A stretch of 61,282 nt of DNA, counting the filler, from Collodictyon triciliatum (taxonomy: Eukaryota): the NCBI GenBank assembly GCA_043381765.1. It is 4 parts of 4 records of this genome, joined end to end, with 100 filler letters (N's around TTAATTAATTAA, not from the genome) between each part and the next. Parts side by side here need not be neighbours in the genome. Positions count along the whole stretch, not along the records: positions 1 to 16,529 come from JBHJMP010000605.1; 3 more parts are not named here. One strand, 5' to 3'. Position numbers and translations under genes: made by a program. Within the stretch, counting starts at the first letter, position 1, and every line of letters starts with the position of its first letter. The notes under the pieces are model-generated. The model saw only the letters and a list, made by a program, of their open reading frames with translations, had not been told where the DNA came from and ran no database searches. Below, piece by piece: positions 1 to 12,821 of this stretch.

Positions 1-101
1 TGTTGTGTTTTTGTTGTGTTTTTGTTGTGTTTTTGTTGTGTTTTTGTTGTGTTTTTGTTGTGTTTTTGTTGTGTTTTTGTTGTGTTTTTGTTGTGTTTTT
101 G
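1..101. repeat. 11-bp tandem repeat (TGTTGTGTTTT)n, truncated by window start
   Basis: About 9 perfect copies read directly. Confidence 0.95.
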
Positions 102-891
102 CTTTCTGATACTCAGATAAGCACAGACTCTTGGCAATTACGGTACTTTTTCAACAACTTGTAGACAAATTAAAAACAGCAGTCACTAGACTGGCACTGG
201 TGCGAAAAGAGAACCCAGAGTTGAAGCTGAAAAAAAAAAAGGAAAGTAACGGGTAACTTGCAAAGGAAAAAGAGGGATAGAAATGAGCAGTTAACAGGAA
301 GGGAAAAGGAAACTTTTGAATTCAAAGATGCGCTTCATTGTTTAGTCCCTCCATAATTATGTATTATCATCGCAAAAGTTTCGGAAACCAGAGCCCATCG
401 GCGACAATCATCGCGGTTGGTGTTCTCTTTGCGTGTCTTGTGCGGTTACCGCTTCAACGACTTGATTGATCTTTTGTCAGATGATCACCCCACGATCAAA
501 TTTGGTAATTCAAAACCAAAAAAAATAGAGAGCTAACAAAAATATATAAATATAATGAATTAGAATATATTTTTCGAATTATATATGATTAAATAGATTT
601 ACCAAGTTAATTCTAGAAATTTTATTATAATTTCCATAAGCAAATTTCATATTTGGCATGTGTAACCTGCCTGAGCTCCAATCACAAATACCATCATTTG
701 CTCGCTGTATTTGAATCGAATAAAGAAAAAAATAATCATTTGCTCACCAGAACCACAGGAAAAAAAAAGTAATTGAGATATGTTTTTGGGGCCGTCTACC
801 GGGTATGACCAAATGTCATGCTAGAGTAAATGGAACGGTTTCAATTTCCGTCTTCTCATCGTATGCCATGTTTATGGATATATCAAGCACC

Positions 892-2949
892 CTAGTCCAG
901 ATATCCCTTCACCTTCGCGAGCTCTGCGTTTAGGATGGAACCCCCTGCTGCGCCGATGACAGTATTGTGGGACAAAAGAGTGAGTTTGATGTCAAAGAGG
1001 TCGTCCTGACGCACACGACCGACAGTTACGGTGTACCCGCGGTTAATATCACGGTCAAGTCTTGGCTGCGGTCTGTCTCGTTGCTCAAGGACTAAAAGGG
1101 CCTACGAAATTGTTGTTCGATAGATTATTACATTTTTTCGTTTTTCGTTTTTTGTTTTCTGTTATTATAATTATTGTCTGTGTTTGTGTGTTTTTTTCTT
1201 GTTTGCTTTCATCCAAGGAAAATGTCATATTCAGCTTTGATACTGCAAATTGATAGATGTGATTAAAATATAAATAAATTATACTTGAGCAGGGGAAGAT
1301 GGAAGATTTAGTTCTTGAACGTCAGATTTGAACGCCTTGATAGTTTCAGTGACTTCTTGTACTGTTGCCTATTATTTTTGATATTTTTAAATTTTTTTGT
1401 TGCAAGAGAATTGAAAAGTTCAGGAAATTTGTTTTTACTTAAATCACTTTATTCTTCGACTTATTCGTTTTAATCGTTCAACATGTACCTTGTTCTTTAG
1501 CTTTATAGAAACGCACTCTGTGTGTCCGTCCAAAACAGCGACACGGTTGCAGTGCGCACTTATCCTCATCTCGTCGTAGGCAAATCTTTTTTATGGTAAA
1601 TTTTAATAAATTTTCGTTATATGAAGTTTTCTTGGTCTCTACATTTGTTTGCTTGCATATGCTGAATATTTCTTAATGTCATCCTACAGGAATAGTCATA
1701 GAATATCATCATATGATGAATTATCAAATTTGAATACTTTGTTTTGTCCTCCGAAAGTTTACCAAGGATTTTCTTTGGCTCAATTTCTAGCTTTTCTTCT
1801 TCTCCATCGATGTAAGGAATCACATTGTCCAGAATATCCATGGAGGAAATGCCTGGGAAGAATCCAGCTCCTATGAGAGATTCAAAACATAAAGAGTTAA
1901 TTAAGCGGCGTTGGTGTATCATATGCATTACAATTCAAATAGATAAATAACATCAAACCAGAAACCGCCTGCATTGTGAAAACAAACATTTGGTCGATGC
2001 CAAACTTTTGTTGAATGGCCTTGATTGCAATGACTAATCCAGTGGATGAGCAGTTGGCATTTGTGACGATGAAGCCCCCATGGTTTTCGTATCTGGCATT
2101 AAATGGACCCATTTATGTAATGGAATATTTTGGTTGTATGATGTTTTTTCGAAAAAAGAAAAAAAAACGGGGCCCTTCATAATCGAACAGCTTTGCTGCT
2201 TCGCAGGTACTTTGAGCTGCATCAAAATATAATACAAAAAGAAAGGAATCCATTATGACATTGAAGAATATACCCTCGCGTTTTCTTTTGATGCGAAATA
2301 ATGTCGATGTGGTCGGCATTTACATATGGGATTAAGATGGGAACATCTTCGTCCATTCGATGGGTTTTTGCATTGCTGAATACAGCAATCCCAGCTTCCG
2401 CAAACTGGTGCTCGACCTCAGCAGCAATCTAAGGTGTAGTACGTAAGAAACCCGCGTGAAAAATTGGGATTTGATTATGGTGACTATGTAGATAGATATT
2501 ATTCAAAAAAAAAAATAGAATGGGAGCATGTAGATATCTAATAGAAATGGTAGGTATCAATATTACGTCTAGAGAACAAATGGTATAAAAAAATCGGCAA
2601 AATAGCCCAAATGCCAAAATCAAAGAAGAAATAGCCTTCCGCCCTCCGTTTGTTTGTTTTTTCTGAAAACTATGATACTAAGACTTACCCCAGAGTCAAG
2701 TCCCGAAAACACCAATCTGCAGCCTGCCTCGAGAAAATGACGGGGATAACAATCGCCCACAACAATCGCTGCAACCTTCAAAGGAAGAGGAGTTGTCATT
2801 TTCCACTGGACTATTTGCCCATACGCCTTCCCTTGAGAGCGGTCACTCCCGCCCAAAGCCGCGACTTCAAAGTACGGGTGGCCCTCGAGTAGCTGGATAA
2901 ATCTTTGGCCCACAGACCCCGTGGCCCCCAGAATCCCCACACGAATCAT
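892..2949 (-). CDS. asd: Aspartate-semialdehyde dehydrogenase (fungal/archaeal type), 7 exons
   Basis: Spliced translation gives the Rossmann start [14 protein letters not shown], catalytic [41 protein letters not shown] and [17 protein letters not shown]. Stop TAG at 892-894; all introns GT-AG. Confidence 0.95.
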
Positions 2950-3541
2950 CTTTTGCTCTTACCTTACAAGGGGACGCAGAAGAAAAAGAAGAGAAAAGCC
3001 AGCTGTCATTTATTGCTTGCCACAAGGAAAGAAGAAGCGAGAGAAGAAAAAAAAAAGTAACCCGGGGCTTCTTGCGCTGGGTATTTCACGTTGGCAGATC
3101 CCCTGTGCGCGGCAAAGTAACAGGCGTATTCACGCGGGTGAAGTAGCTGTTACCGCGCTACAAGACGACATATAAATTCCAGGTATGTGTCAATTAATAA
3201 GATAAATATATGTCATGAATATAAAGTATTAATTTAGCTCGGGGCTATTTTCCTATTCGATCAAATATGCTAATGCATGTAAATTCCACAATTACTTTCG
3301 AGATGAATCACGATCACACCCATCAACTTTCTTTCAACAGCCACGCACAGATCCAGGCCACGCTTATCGCAAGTGCAAGGAGCGAAGAGCAAGAGACCAT
3401 ACGGCCCGTACAAGGAGCATCAAAAAGACGAGACTTCGTTCTGTCGACAGTATAACATCGAATATCGTCAAATCGTTTTATTGACTCTACCTTTTTTTTC
3501 TTTGCTTTTTTTTCTTGTTTCTTAACAGAAGACCAAGAAGA

Positions 3542-4339
3542 ATGTTTTTCGGTGTTGGGCGTCGCCAACTCGGCAGAGACTATGAACATCTAGCTGCGAT
3601 GTTTCGCAATATGGTCACCTCCCTGATCAAGCACGACAACATCAAAACCACACTTCCAAAGGCCAAGGAGCTCCAAAGAGTTGTACGGAACAAAACTCGA
3701 TTATTTACGCTTAAACCGCCCATAGATGACACTCTCTTTCAAACTTCCACAACCTCCAGAATTCTTTTCGACGTGGCCCTGTCTCTTAGGCTCTTATCTA
3801 TATATCTTTTTCGTTTTCGTTTTCATCCTCTGTTTCTCTCTTTTTTGAAATAAGTCGAGGCCCACTTCAGTCATTCTTTCTCTTTGTAGGCCGATCGCAT
3901 TGTGACACTGGGCAAAAAGGGAGGCCTCGCAAACTATCGCCACGCACTCAGCTTTGTAAGAGAAAAAGAGGCCGTGGACAAAGTCTTCAACACATTGGCC
4001 AAGCAGTTTACAGACAGGCCAGGTTTTCTCCTTCCCAACCCCAACTATTCCGCCACACCAACTGACTCACTCACCCAACCATTTCGAATACAGCTGTCAT
4101 TCTCTCACATACCAAAGCCGCCACGCCTCAGAGTCAATCCACACGCACTGACTCTGTTACCCATGTACTCTTTGCGTTGCCACGCAGGTGGGTACACACG
4201 CATCGTCAAGTGCGGATACCGTTACGGCGACGGTGCCCCAATGGCGCACGTCATGTTTGTAAAGGAGCCCGTGCAGTTCAAGTTTGGCAGGCCTGTGCCC
4301 GCTGCTTCCCCACAGCCTACTCCGCCGGCGCAACAGTGA
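3542..4339 (+). CDS. MRPL17: Bacterial-type (probably mitochondrial) ribosomal protein L17 (bL17), 3 coding exons
   Basis: RQLGR...[25 protein letters not shown] / [11 protein letters not shown] / [11 protein letters not shown]...YGDGAPMA are bL17 signatures. The start codon is uncertain because an acceptor-like AG lies just upstream. Confidence 0.9.
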
Positions 4340-4659
4340 ATGATATTAAATTGACGCCCCAATTAGACATGGTGACCGACCAAACGAAGCCGCCGTTGGG
4401 ATACTCGTTTCCGTCTCTGTCGTGGTGTGTTGTGAGGGCTGGTCTTTAATTGGGACGGACCGGGGTGCGGCTCAGGACGCGCCGAACAAGAGAAGAGTCA
4501 GCCGTGTGGGGATGGGCCAAGGAGGTGAAGAGAAGAGGAAGAGAAAGAGAGGAAGAAAAAAAAAACAGGAAAGGATAAATACGGAGACAAGAAATTGCGA
4601 AAAGGAGAATGAGGGCACATGCGGGTGCGGGGCCTCGGAGGACAGCAGCGGCCGCCCAT

Positions 4660-5541
4660 TTATTCGTCGGAGATGGAGACGCGAAGGACGGCGCGCTTCT
4701 TCTCGTGGGTGGTGAAGGGGATGGCGTAGTTTCCAGGGTTGAGGGAGACTGTGGCGGATCCGAGGTGCTCGTCGCCAAGGAGGTTCTCGTCGTAAACCTC
4801 GAGGGTGGCGTAGGTGGCGCTGACGCCAGAGAAGACAAAGGACTCGTTCCAGGTGGCATTGGAGCCGGCGTCTTCCTTGATGGTGGTCTTCTTGGCGGCC
4901 GAGCCGACGCGGATGACGACGTAGGGATCAGTGGCATCCCAGGCAGGGTTGGGGAGATTGACCACATCGATGACCTTGACAGAGATCTTGCGGCCAGCTG
5001 GCTCGGAGCCGGGCAGGACAAAGTCGCGGGTGCCGGGGACGTGGGCGGGGGCGGCAGGGGCGTAGCCGTTGGGGGGCACGACGTACGAGCGCGTGGCGCC
5101 GTAGAAGGCCGGGGCGATCGGGGCGGGGGCGGGGATGGCCGAGACCACCGCGGCCGGGGCAGCAGGGGCCGCGACAACAGGGGCGGGGGCTGAGACGCCA
5201 GACTTGGTCAGGGAGGCAGAGGAGGTCGCGGCAACGGCAGCCGGGGCGGCGGCAACGACCGGGGCGGCGGTGGAGCCGGGCAGGACGAAGGAGCGCGTGC
5301 CGCCGACGACCGGGGTGGCCGCGCCGTAGGTGTAGACCGGGGCGGTGGAGCCGGCAACAACCGGGGTGGGGGCGCCGTACGTGTAGACCGGGGCGGCGGT
5401 GGAGCCGGGCAGGACGAAGGAGCGCGTGCCGCCGACGACCGGGGTGGCCGAGCCGTAGGTGTAGACCGGGGCGTCGGTGGCGGCGTTGGTGGCGCCGTAG
5501 AGGTACGGGGTGTTGAGGATGACCGGGGTGGTGGACGACAT
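4660..5541 (-). CDS. Intronless protein with N-terminal Pro/Ala/Thr/Tyr repeats and a C-terminal C2 domain
   Basis: ATG at 5541 (MSSTTPVIL). The C-terminus ISVKVIDVVNL..TDPYVVIRVG..KKT..NATWNESFVF..LEVYDENLLGDEHLG is a C2 pattern. Strong GC3 bias. Confidence 0.85.
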   Translation of the reverse strand: MSSTTPVILNTPYLYGATNAATDAPVYTYGSATPVVGGTRSFVLPGSTAAPVYTYGAPTPVVAGSTAPVYTYGAATPVVGGTRSFVLPGSTAAPVVAAAPAAVAATSSASLTKSGVSAPAPVVAAPAAPAAVVSAIPAPAPIAPAFYGATRSYVVPPNGYAPAAPAHVPGTRDFVLPGSEPAGRKISVKVIDVVNLPNPAWDATDPYVVIRVGSAAKKTTIKEDAGSNATWNESFVFSGVSATYATLEVYDENLLGDEHLGSATVSLNPGNYAIPFTTHEKKRAVLRVSISDE

Positions 5542-6270
5542 GGCGCGGTGCGGCGGGTCTGAGTTGTGGGGGGGTTGTGGAGGCTTAGTCCTGGTGGGTG
5601 GGGACGGGATCGCAGCTTTGTGATTGGCCGGTGGGTGATCGATGTTTGGGGTGGGGCCGTTAAGGCGAGGCACATTCTCATTGAGTGAGTGGTTTGCAGG
5701 GAAGGCGAGGCTCAGGGGTATCTATAGGCCGCGCAGGGGGGAAAAGTGTTTGCCGGAATTCTCTGCTAAAATCGATATATAGGCTCCAAAGTTGGCTTTG
5801 AGAATAGTCTGTTGTGTTGATTTGTTCATAAATATTCAGTGAAAGAATGCTTTTTATGTTTAGTTTTTTTTTATGTTCTGTAAATAATGGCTATTTTGGA
5901 TATCATCCGGTTCAGTTTGGTGAAAAATCTGTTTGAGGTTTGTACGGTACATGTTTTTGAAAAAAAGCTTTTAGGGTGGCAAGTGTCTGGTTCTAGAAGA
6001 TTCACAGAATGCTGATATAATTAATCTTATAAATATATCTGGATCATTATTATAGAGTAAATTAGCCTTATGAATAATTAATTGTAGAATATAATGGAAT
6101 TATATTATAATTTCCAGAAGTATGAAATGTGGCTCGTGCACTGGGATATATCAGTTTTCTTTTTCCGTGTAGGTCCTTTCCTTCTAGCCGGCCATATTCC
6201 TTTTCTGCGAGACCTGGCCAAGTGATCCCACAAGAACAGAGCAGTTGGTAGCATTCTCACGCGCATCTAA

Positions 6271-8660
6271 ATGAGCGAAGGTCGGTAGTTGTATTCCTAC
6301 TTGCTTGCCAAGTCTTTTTGCAACACAATCTACTGTTTTTTTCCCCTTTTTTTTTTATTCTCTCCTTCCCCCTGTTTAACCCTGAGAAATCCTCCAGACT
6401 ACGTTGGAATTGTTGGAGCCCTCCCACAAGAGATCGCCAAGCTCAAAGAACACGTCGAAGATCAAGTAAGAAGGCGACATTTGTTCCCTTTTCCACTTCA
6501 CTTATTTTCCATATTCTACGTTTTGGAGGTGAAAATCATTGGTGTCTGTCCGGTTATACTTTTGTTCTGTATTTTGAGAGCACTTTAATAATATTTGGTG
6601 ATTCATACGTAACTTGAGATGGTACCCTACGGCATGAGACACATTTTTTCTGTAGTTTTTTTTTTTAAAAAAAAATTGTTGCTACAGTGAAAGTATGAAC
6701 CTTTTTTATTTTTATAATTATTATACTCATCCGAGACCGTAAATTGAAGGGAACTAACCAACTTATTCAATTGTAGGTCAGCCATATCTTCAACAAACAT
6801 TTCACTTTAGTGGAGGGCACTCTTCATGGAAGGAAAGTAGTCTTCTCTCTCAGTAACGTGGGGCTCATATTTGCTTCCAGTGTTGTGACCACAATGATTA
6901 ATGTATTCAAAGTTAAGACGGTCATATTCACAGGTGACTTTTTCTGTCGAATAGAGTGGCTCAAATATCCTCTTCATATGTATTATCGTTTATACTTTGG
7001 TTTCTCTCTCTCTCTCTCTTTTTGTGTGTGTGAGAAAATAGTGGGAATATTTTCTCATCGGGTCTTTCTATTTATACCGCCTAGCGGTATCTTAATACAT
7101 GAAAACATCACATTTTGGTTTCTTGATGTAATTATATTGAGAAAAAAAGCAAAGTATCATATGGGGATTTATAGGCGTGGCCGGTGGTTTGAAAGAAGGG
7201 CAGTCAGTTGGAGATATCATCGTTGCCAAAGACGTTGTTAACTACGAGTTTAATTGCAAAAATTTCTTCCTTCCATGGGACCCAAGTTACAAGTATGTGT
7301 TTTTTTTTTAAGAAAAAAAAACCTAACAATCAAATGTCATGCCTCACTTATCACGAGTGTTTCATACGTATATATAAATTCAATTATATGACCTGAGCGA
7401 TTGAGTTAAAAAGCTCTTTTCCTTCATGAATTGAATTCACTTACTCCCCATCTACTCCCTACCTTTCGCTCTCCTTTTCACTCGGTTCACTGCTGGCCCT
7501 GCAAAAATTTTATATTCATTCTCGACGTTTGAGTTTTAAGATTTACCAATGCAATTTACAGACACCAGCTCGGCGAAATACCATTTGTGAACATTTGTGC
7601 TATTCAAAGTGACGCAAAGCTAGTTGAGTTGGCCATGGTAAGCATTCACAATTAACGTTCTGAATGATGTATATTTTTATATTATTTCTGATATTTTGGA
7701 TGACTGAGGCCAGTTTAATGGACATATGTCCCTTTCTGAACAAAAACATTTTTGAATTATCACATATCCATCATATATTTAATAAGTATTATATAATATC
7801 GTCCAAAACCAACTCCATCCAGCACAAACAGAAAGGAAAAGTAAAAAAGGATAATATATTCTTTGAATCGAATAANNNNNNNNNNNNNNNNNNNNNNNNN
7901 NNNNNNNNNNNNNNNNNNNNNNNNNNNNNNNNNNNNNNNNNNNNNNNNNNNNNNNNNNNNNNNNNNNNNNNNNNNNNNNNNNNNNNNNNNNNNNNNNNNN
8001 NNNNNNNNNNNNNNNNNNNNNNNNNNNNNNNNNNNNNNNNNNNNNNNNNNNNNNNNNNNNNNNNNNNNNNNNNNNNNNNNNNNNNNNNNNNNNNNNNNNN
8101 NNNNNNNNNNNNNNNNNNNNNNNNNNNNNNNNNNNNNNNNNNNNNNNNNNNNNNNNNNNNNNNNNNNNNNNNNNNNNNNNNNNNNNNNNNNNNNNNNNNN
8201 NNNNNNNNNNNNNNNNNNNNNNNNNNNNNNNNNNNNNNNNNNNNNNNNNNNNNNNNNNNNNNNNNNNNNNNNNNNNNNNNNNNNNNNNNNNNNNNNNNNN
8301 NNNNNNNNNNNNNNNNNNNNNNNNNNNNNNNNNNNNNNNNNNNNNNNNNNNNNNNNNNNNNNNNNNNNNNNNNNNNNNNNNNNNNNNNNNNNNNNNNNNN
8401 NNNNNNNNNNNNNNNNNNNNNNNNNTGCCTTTCCTCTTCATTGGCAATTATCTATTACTGTGCTAGCATACGTTTCCTTTCTTTAAAGTCGATACAATAG
8501 TCATTCAAATTTCATATGATAGGTTCCATTCATTCTCCTTCGAGCAATATCTGATACGATTGAGGGAGATGCCAACCAAGACTTCAACACATTTGCACAG
8601 TCAGCCGCTGACGAACTATGGCCGGTTGTCGAGCACATTGTCAAGAACGCAGCCCTTTAA
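6271..8660 (+). CDS. mtnN: 5'-methylthioadenosine/S-adenosylhomocysteine nucleosidase (MtnN/Pfs family); internal exons lost in gap
   Basis: Exons give VGIVGALPQEI, EGTLHGRKVVFSLSNVG, VIFTG-VAGGL..VGDIIVA and VPFILLRAISDTIEGDANQDFNTF. Stop TAA at 8658-8660. Confidence 0.88.
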
Positions 8661-9068
8661 AGCCTTTTAATTCTCTTTTCCCCTGTCAAATGGACGAGGT
8701 TGCCTTTCCTCTCTTGTGGCGTGTCTTTGGCCGCATCGTTTGTACATCTGTTTTTCTTCTTCAATGGCAGGTAACGTAAGTCTTGAGCGTTGCCACCAAA
8801 CCATTCTTGTGTAGAGATTTATCAGGATATGGTTCAGATAATAGAAAGCGCAGGAAAAAGAAATAAAGAGAGAAAAGGAAAAAGTATTGAATGAAGGGTG
8901 AATCAGGGCGACATTTTCAAAACCCAAACCACAGAGTAATTGAGAAATATAAAAGAAGAAAAAGAAAGACAAAACAGTTCTTTATTACTAGTCTCAATTC
9001 CCTCATTAAGCATCGGTTAGACCAGACGGAAAGCTGATATCAAGCATAGCCATTAAGAAGAAAGAAGC

Positions 9069-9493
9069 TCAGTCATCATCTGAATCCGCCGACATTTGGC
9101 TGATCTGATTGGCATTAGCAGCCCCGCGTTGCTTGTTTACATTGACAGAAGCCTCGCGCTGGTCGGGAGAAGCTGCAGCCGCAAAGCCCTGGAAGAAAAG
9201 TTGTAAAGAAATTGACAAAAACATAAAAAGTTTTTTTTTTTTTTAAAAAAAAAAAGAAGCATTTGAATAAAAATGTTCGATTATTCATCGAAACAGAAAG
9301 TCAAGATGATTGCAACATCTAAAATATTATGTACAATCGGCATATAGGTCAATAGCAGTTCTGTCCCCACCGGACTTAAAGTAAGATGAATTCNNNNNNN
9401 NNNNNNNNNNNNNNNNNNNNNNNNNNNNNNNNNNNNNNNNNNNNNNNNNNNNNNNNNNNNNNNNNNNNNNNNNNNNNNNNNNNNNNNNNNNNN

Positions 9494-9569
<76 letters not shown>

Positions 9570-12500
9570 ACAGATGGCAATATGGATAGAAGTAAAAAGA
9601 AAATTACTGGTGCGCTGATTTCGTTATTAGTATTGTGATCAAGTTTCATTTGCAAATCCGGCTTTTTCTTTTGAAGATAGGAGAGCCGGTTGAGGCCCTC
9701 CTCTCCTATGACATTGCAGGACAGGTCCACAAAGATTAAAGATGGGCTTCTGGCCAATCCTTCCAGAAGTCTACGAGAACCTTCGGGGCCGATGAAGTTT
9801 CCGGCAAACTGTAAGAGTCCAGGATTCATTAGAGGAAAAGAAAGGAGAGAGATCTAGTGAAAAAAATAATAATAATGAAAAAGATATGTACATACATATA
9901 ACTTGCGGAGGGTGACATTCACAGGGAGGGCGAGACTTAGCGAGGCAGCGCCAGAAACACCACACCAATTCATCGAGATATCAAGCTCCTGAATATTATT
10001 GCAGGCAATTTAGCATACATCTGGATTTTTTGCTTGGAGAAAACTCCAACGTGCAGATTGCACCATTTTCTTTCAAATGGAAACAAAGCCACAAAAAATA
10101 TATATATACCCGAAGGGACTTGTTGTGCATAAGCGCGCGCACTAAGTCTGAAATTCCAGAACCACCAAGAGCGTTGAAATACTGGAGTTGGTCTCCTCCA
10201 GTGACGGAAAGACCAAGATTCTTGATTGCAACCTATGGTGGATGCCGTGGATATTACGCATAAACAAATAGATAATAATACTAATAAAAATAAACATGCA
10301 ACTTAATGAAAATATCGTCTGATGGGAGATAGTCGATTATGGTAGCATACTTTTCCTCCGTCCTGTCCAGTGTAAATGTGTGCTGTTCTTGCTACTATTC
10401 CAGCAATGTCATGTCCTCTCATGGAGAGTCGTCTGAGTGTCGTGTTCACCTTCAAAGCCTCTGACATAGCAGTTGCTACGGTATGGTTAACGGGGTTGTC
10501 TGATATATTCAGACTCACCATATTCTTGTTTGTACACAATGCGCCTAGATAAGTCAGGATGAATAAAATGTGTTTATGTCATTGGACAGAATATATATAA
10601 CACCAAGAGGAAATATATGGGTATATAGGATACAGAAAAAGTCTTTCCAATAAGTAGATAATGAAACAAACTTGCAATCTCCGTTATTCCATCAGTCTCG
10701 ATACTATTATTGCTTACATCCAAGTACTGTAGGGATGCATTTGATCGCATCGCACTAGCTATACTAAGAGCCCCTTTGGTGCCTATCCGATTACAAGACA
10801 AATCCAGATATCGAAGCGGATGCTTCCCCCCAATGGCTTCACCAAGTGCCTGAGCTCCATTACCTCCAATCTGGTTACCTATGAAATGTAAGCGTGTTGA
10901 ATATAGCAACCAGGTACTGTTTGGATGTAGCGAGCTCAAATAATATGCATCGTGCGAAGAATGTCTGCACCCAAATCGGCCGTGATGGAAATGCATACCG
11001 TGTAGATCCAATCGGATTAGGCGTAGATAACCTTTGAGAGCGGATGCAATAGCTATCATGCCCGAATCAGATATGTTGTTCCCTTTCAGATTTAGGTACT
11101 GCAATTTACATTCGAGAGGTAGTTTGTCCACAAGGGGAATGATGCCTAGATTAAACATGGTGAATGACCGGTTGAACCACTACTAGCCCGTATTTTTTTC
11201 AGAATCATTATAATTGTTGTGGAATATGAAAAGCCACTCTCATAATAAACTAAAATAAAGTGATATGTGTTACCTGTGCAGTCAATAAAGTTGTATTCGA
11301 AAGAGAGAATCCGAAGATTGCAGGTTGGCTGGCGGAGTGGGATTGCAAATGAAGACGATGATGATGAATGGATCGAATTCAATCTCAAGTCAAGATGGGT
11401 AATGAATTTATTATGCCTGTGAGATAATTTTTATGATGATTACTAGGAAAGTCTTGCAAAATAAATGCGACTATTCATTCTCAAAGCACGCGTCAATTTA
11501 CAAATTTTACTCTCGGACTTTGAGAGAATTACGAAAAGGACAGCCTACTTTAACATTCTAGCAATCTGTGCCACGTTGTTGTCCCCCAGAAAGTTCCCGT
11601 CAAAACTAAGAGATTGTAATGTTTTGCTTTCTTGTAGACTATTGGCCAGATTTGCCAAGTCAGCAGAGCGGATTCCGTACCTAGCGATAGGTGTGTTGCG
11701 ATAGCATGCTTGGATTAGCAACAGCTTCATGTACGATAACACAATTATTTGAATGGATTTTATTCAACACCTTTTGCTACTCATCGAGGAGGCACCAGGC
11801 ACAGTAAAGTCGAGCATGAGAACTTGATTTGGTCCTTCTCTGTGTGGGGAAGTATAGGCGAACATGGGAACCGTTTTATTATTATTATTATTTTGAAAAA
11901 AAAACATAAAAACATAAAAACATAAAAACATAAAAACATAAAAACAAAAAAAACATAAAAATCATAACAAAGCATAAAAAACATAAGAGAAAGAAAAGGA
12001 AACCCTGTTTAACCAAATCATAATAAGCAATACGAGCCTGGTTTACTTTGAGTCATTTACTTTTATATGTACAGGGCGACTGTAATTATAATTATAAGAT
12101 ATCTACTAACTTTTTTAACAAGTTTGATATTGCCGTGGTGCTCTCAGCATTCATTCTCCTCCCGTTGATTTGTATGGCATTTGGAGTTTTTTCAGCCTTG
12201 GCCATCTTGAAAAAGAAAGATATAGAAATAGAGTACATTTCAGAAGAGATTCAACACAGGAATTAAAACCAGACATAAGGTCAGGCCCATGCAACAAGTT
12301 ATGATACAGTTCAGATACCTCGATGATCTCTGTCGCCTCTCGAGCTGCAAACAGCGTCGCACCCATGCTTTCTGCGGTGGGAACGATTTTGATCACGTCA
12401 GACACATAGGAGTCTTCTTCTCTCTGCGGCTCCACGACCTGTACAACCTCGAGCATTTCACTGAACTTGGCGTTTGCCTCTTCGGCCTTCTCCGCTAAAG

Positions 12501-12821
12501 CACAAAAACATAGAGTCGTAAGAATGACAAGAAGGAATGCTGTCCACTCTAAACCCGAGAAAGGCGACTAAAGTAGTTGATGTTTGAGGAAACTCACAAA
12601 ATTGTTGAATAGCTATTGTATAGTTGCAGAGTATTTTAAAAAAAACTACAAAAAAGAGAGAAAAGAGAGAAAAGAGAGAGAGAGAAAAAGAAAGACATAG
12701 CAAAGAGGCTGAATATTCCTTTTTTTTTCCAGAACAAACCTGCCAGAGATTCATTTTGATTAGATTGATTCGCTGGGGCGACGATGTTCCGCTTGAGATT
12801 ACGAGACGATCCACCACCCAT
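9069..12821 (-). CDS. RNI-like (NLRC3/RanGAP-type) leucine-rich repeat protein, multi-exon, N-terminal MGxxxS
   Basis: Repeats such as LQYLNLKGNNISDSGMIAIASAL, LRYLDLSCNRIGTKGALSIASAM and LQYLDVSNNSIETDG. First exon MGGGSSRN; last exon ends SADSDDD-TGA at 9069. Confidence 0.85.

Noticed and set aside
1..101. Telomeric repeat
   Set aside because: The 11-bp T-rich unit lacks G runs and has the wrong orientation for a left end; similar SSRs are common in this window.
4446..5681. Overlapping alternative-frame and antisense ORFs over the C2 gene
   Set aside because: Expected shadows of extreme GC3 bias.
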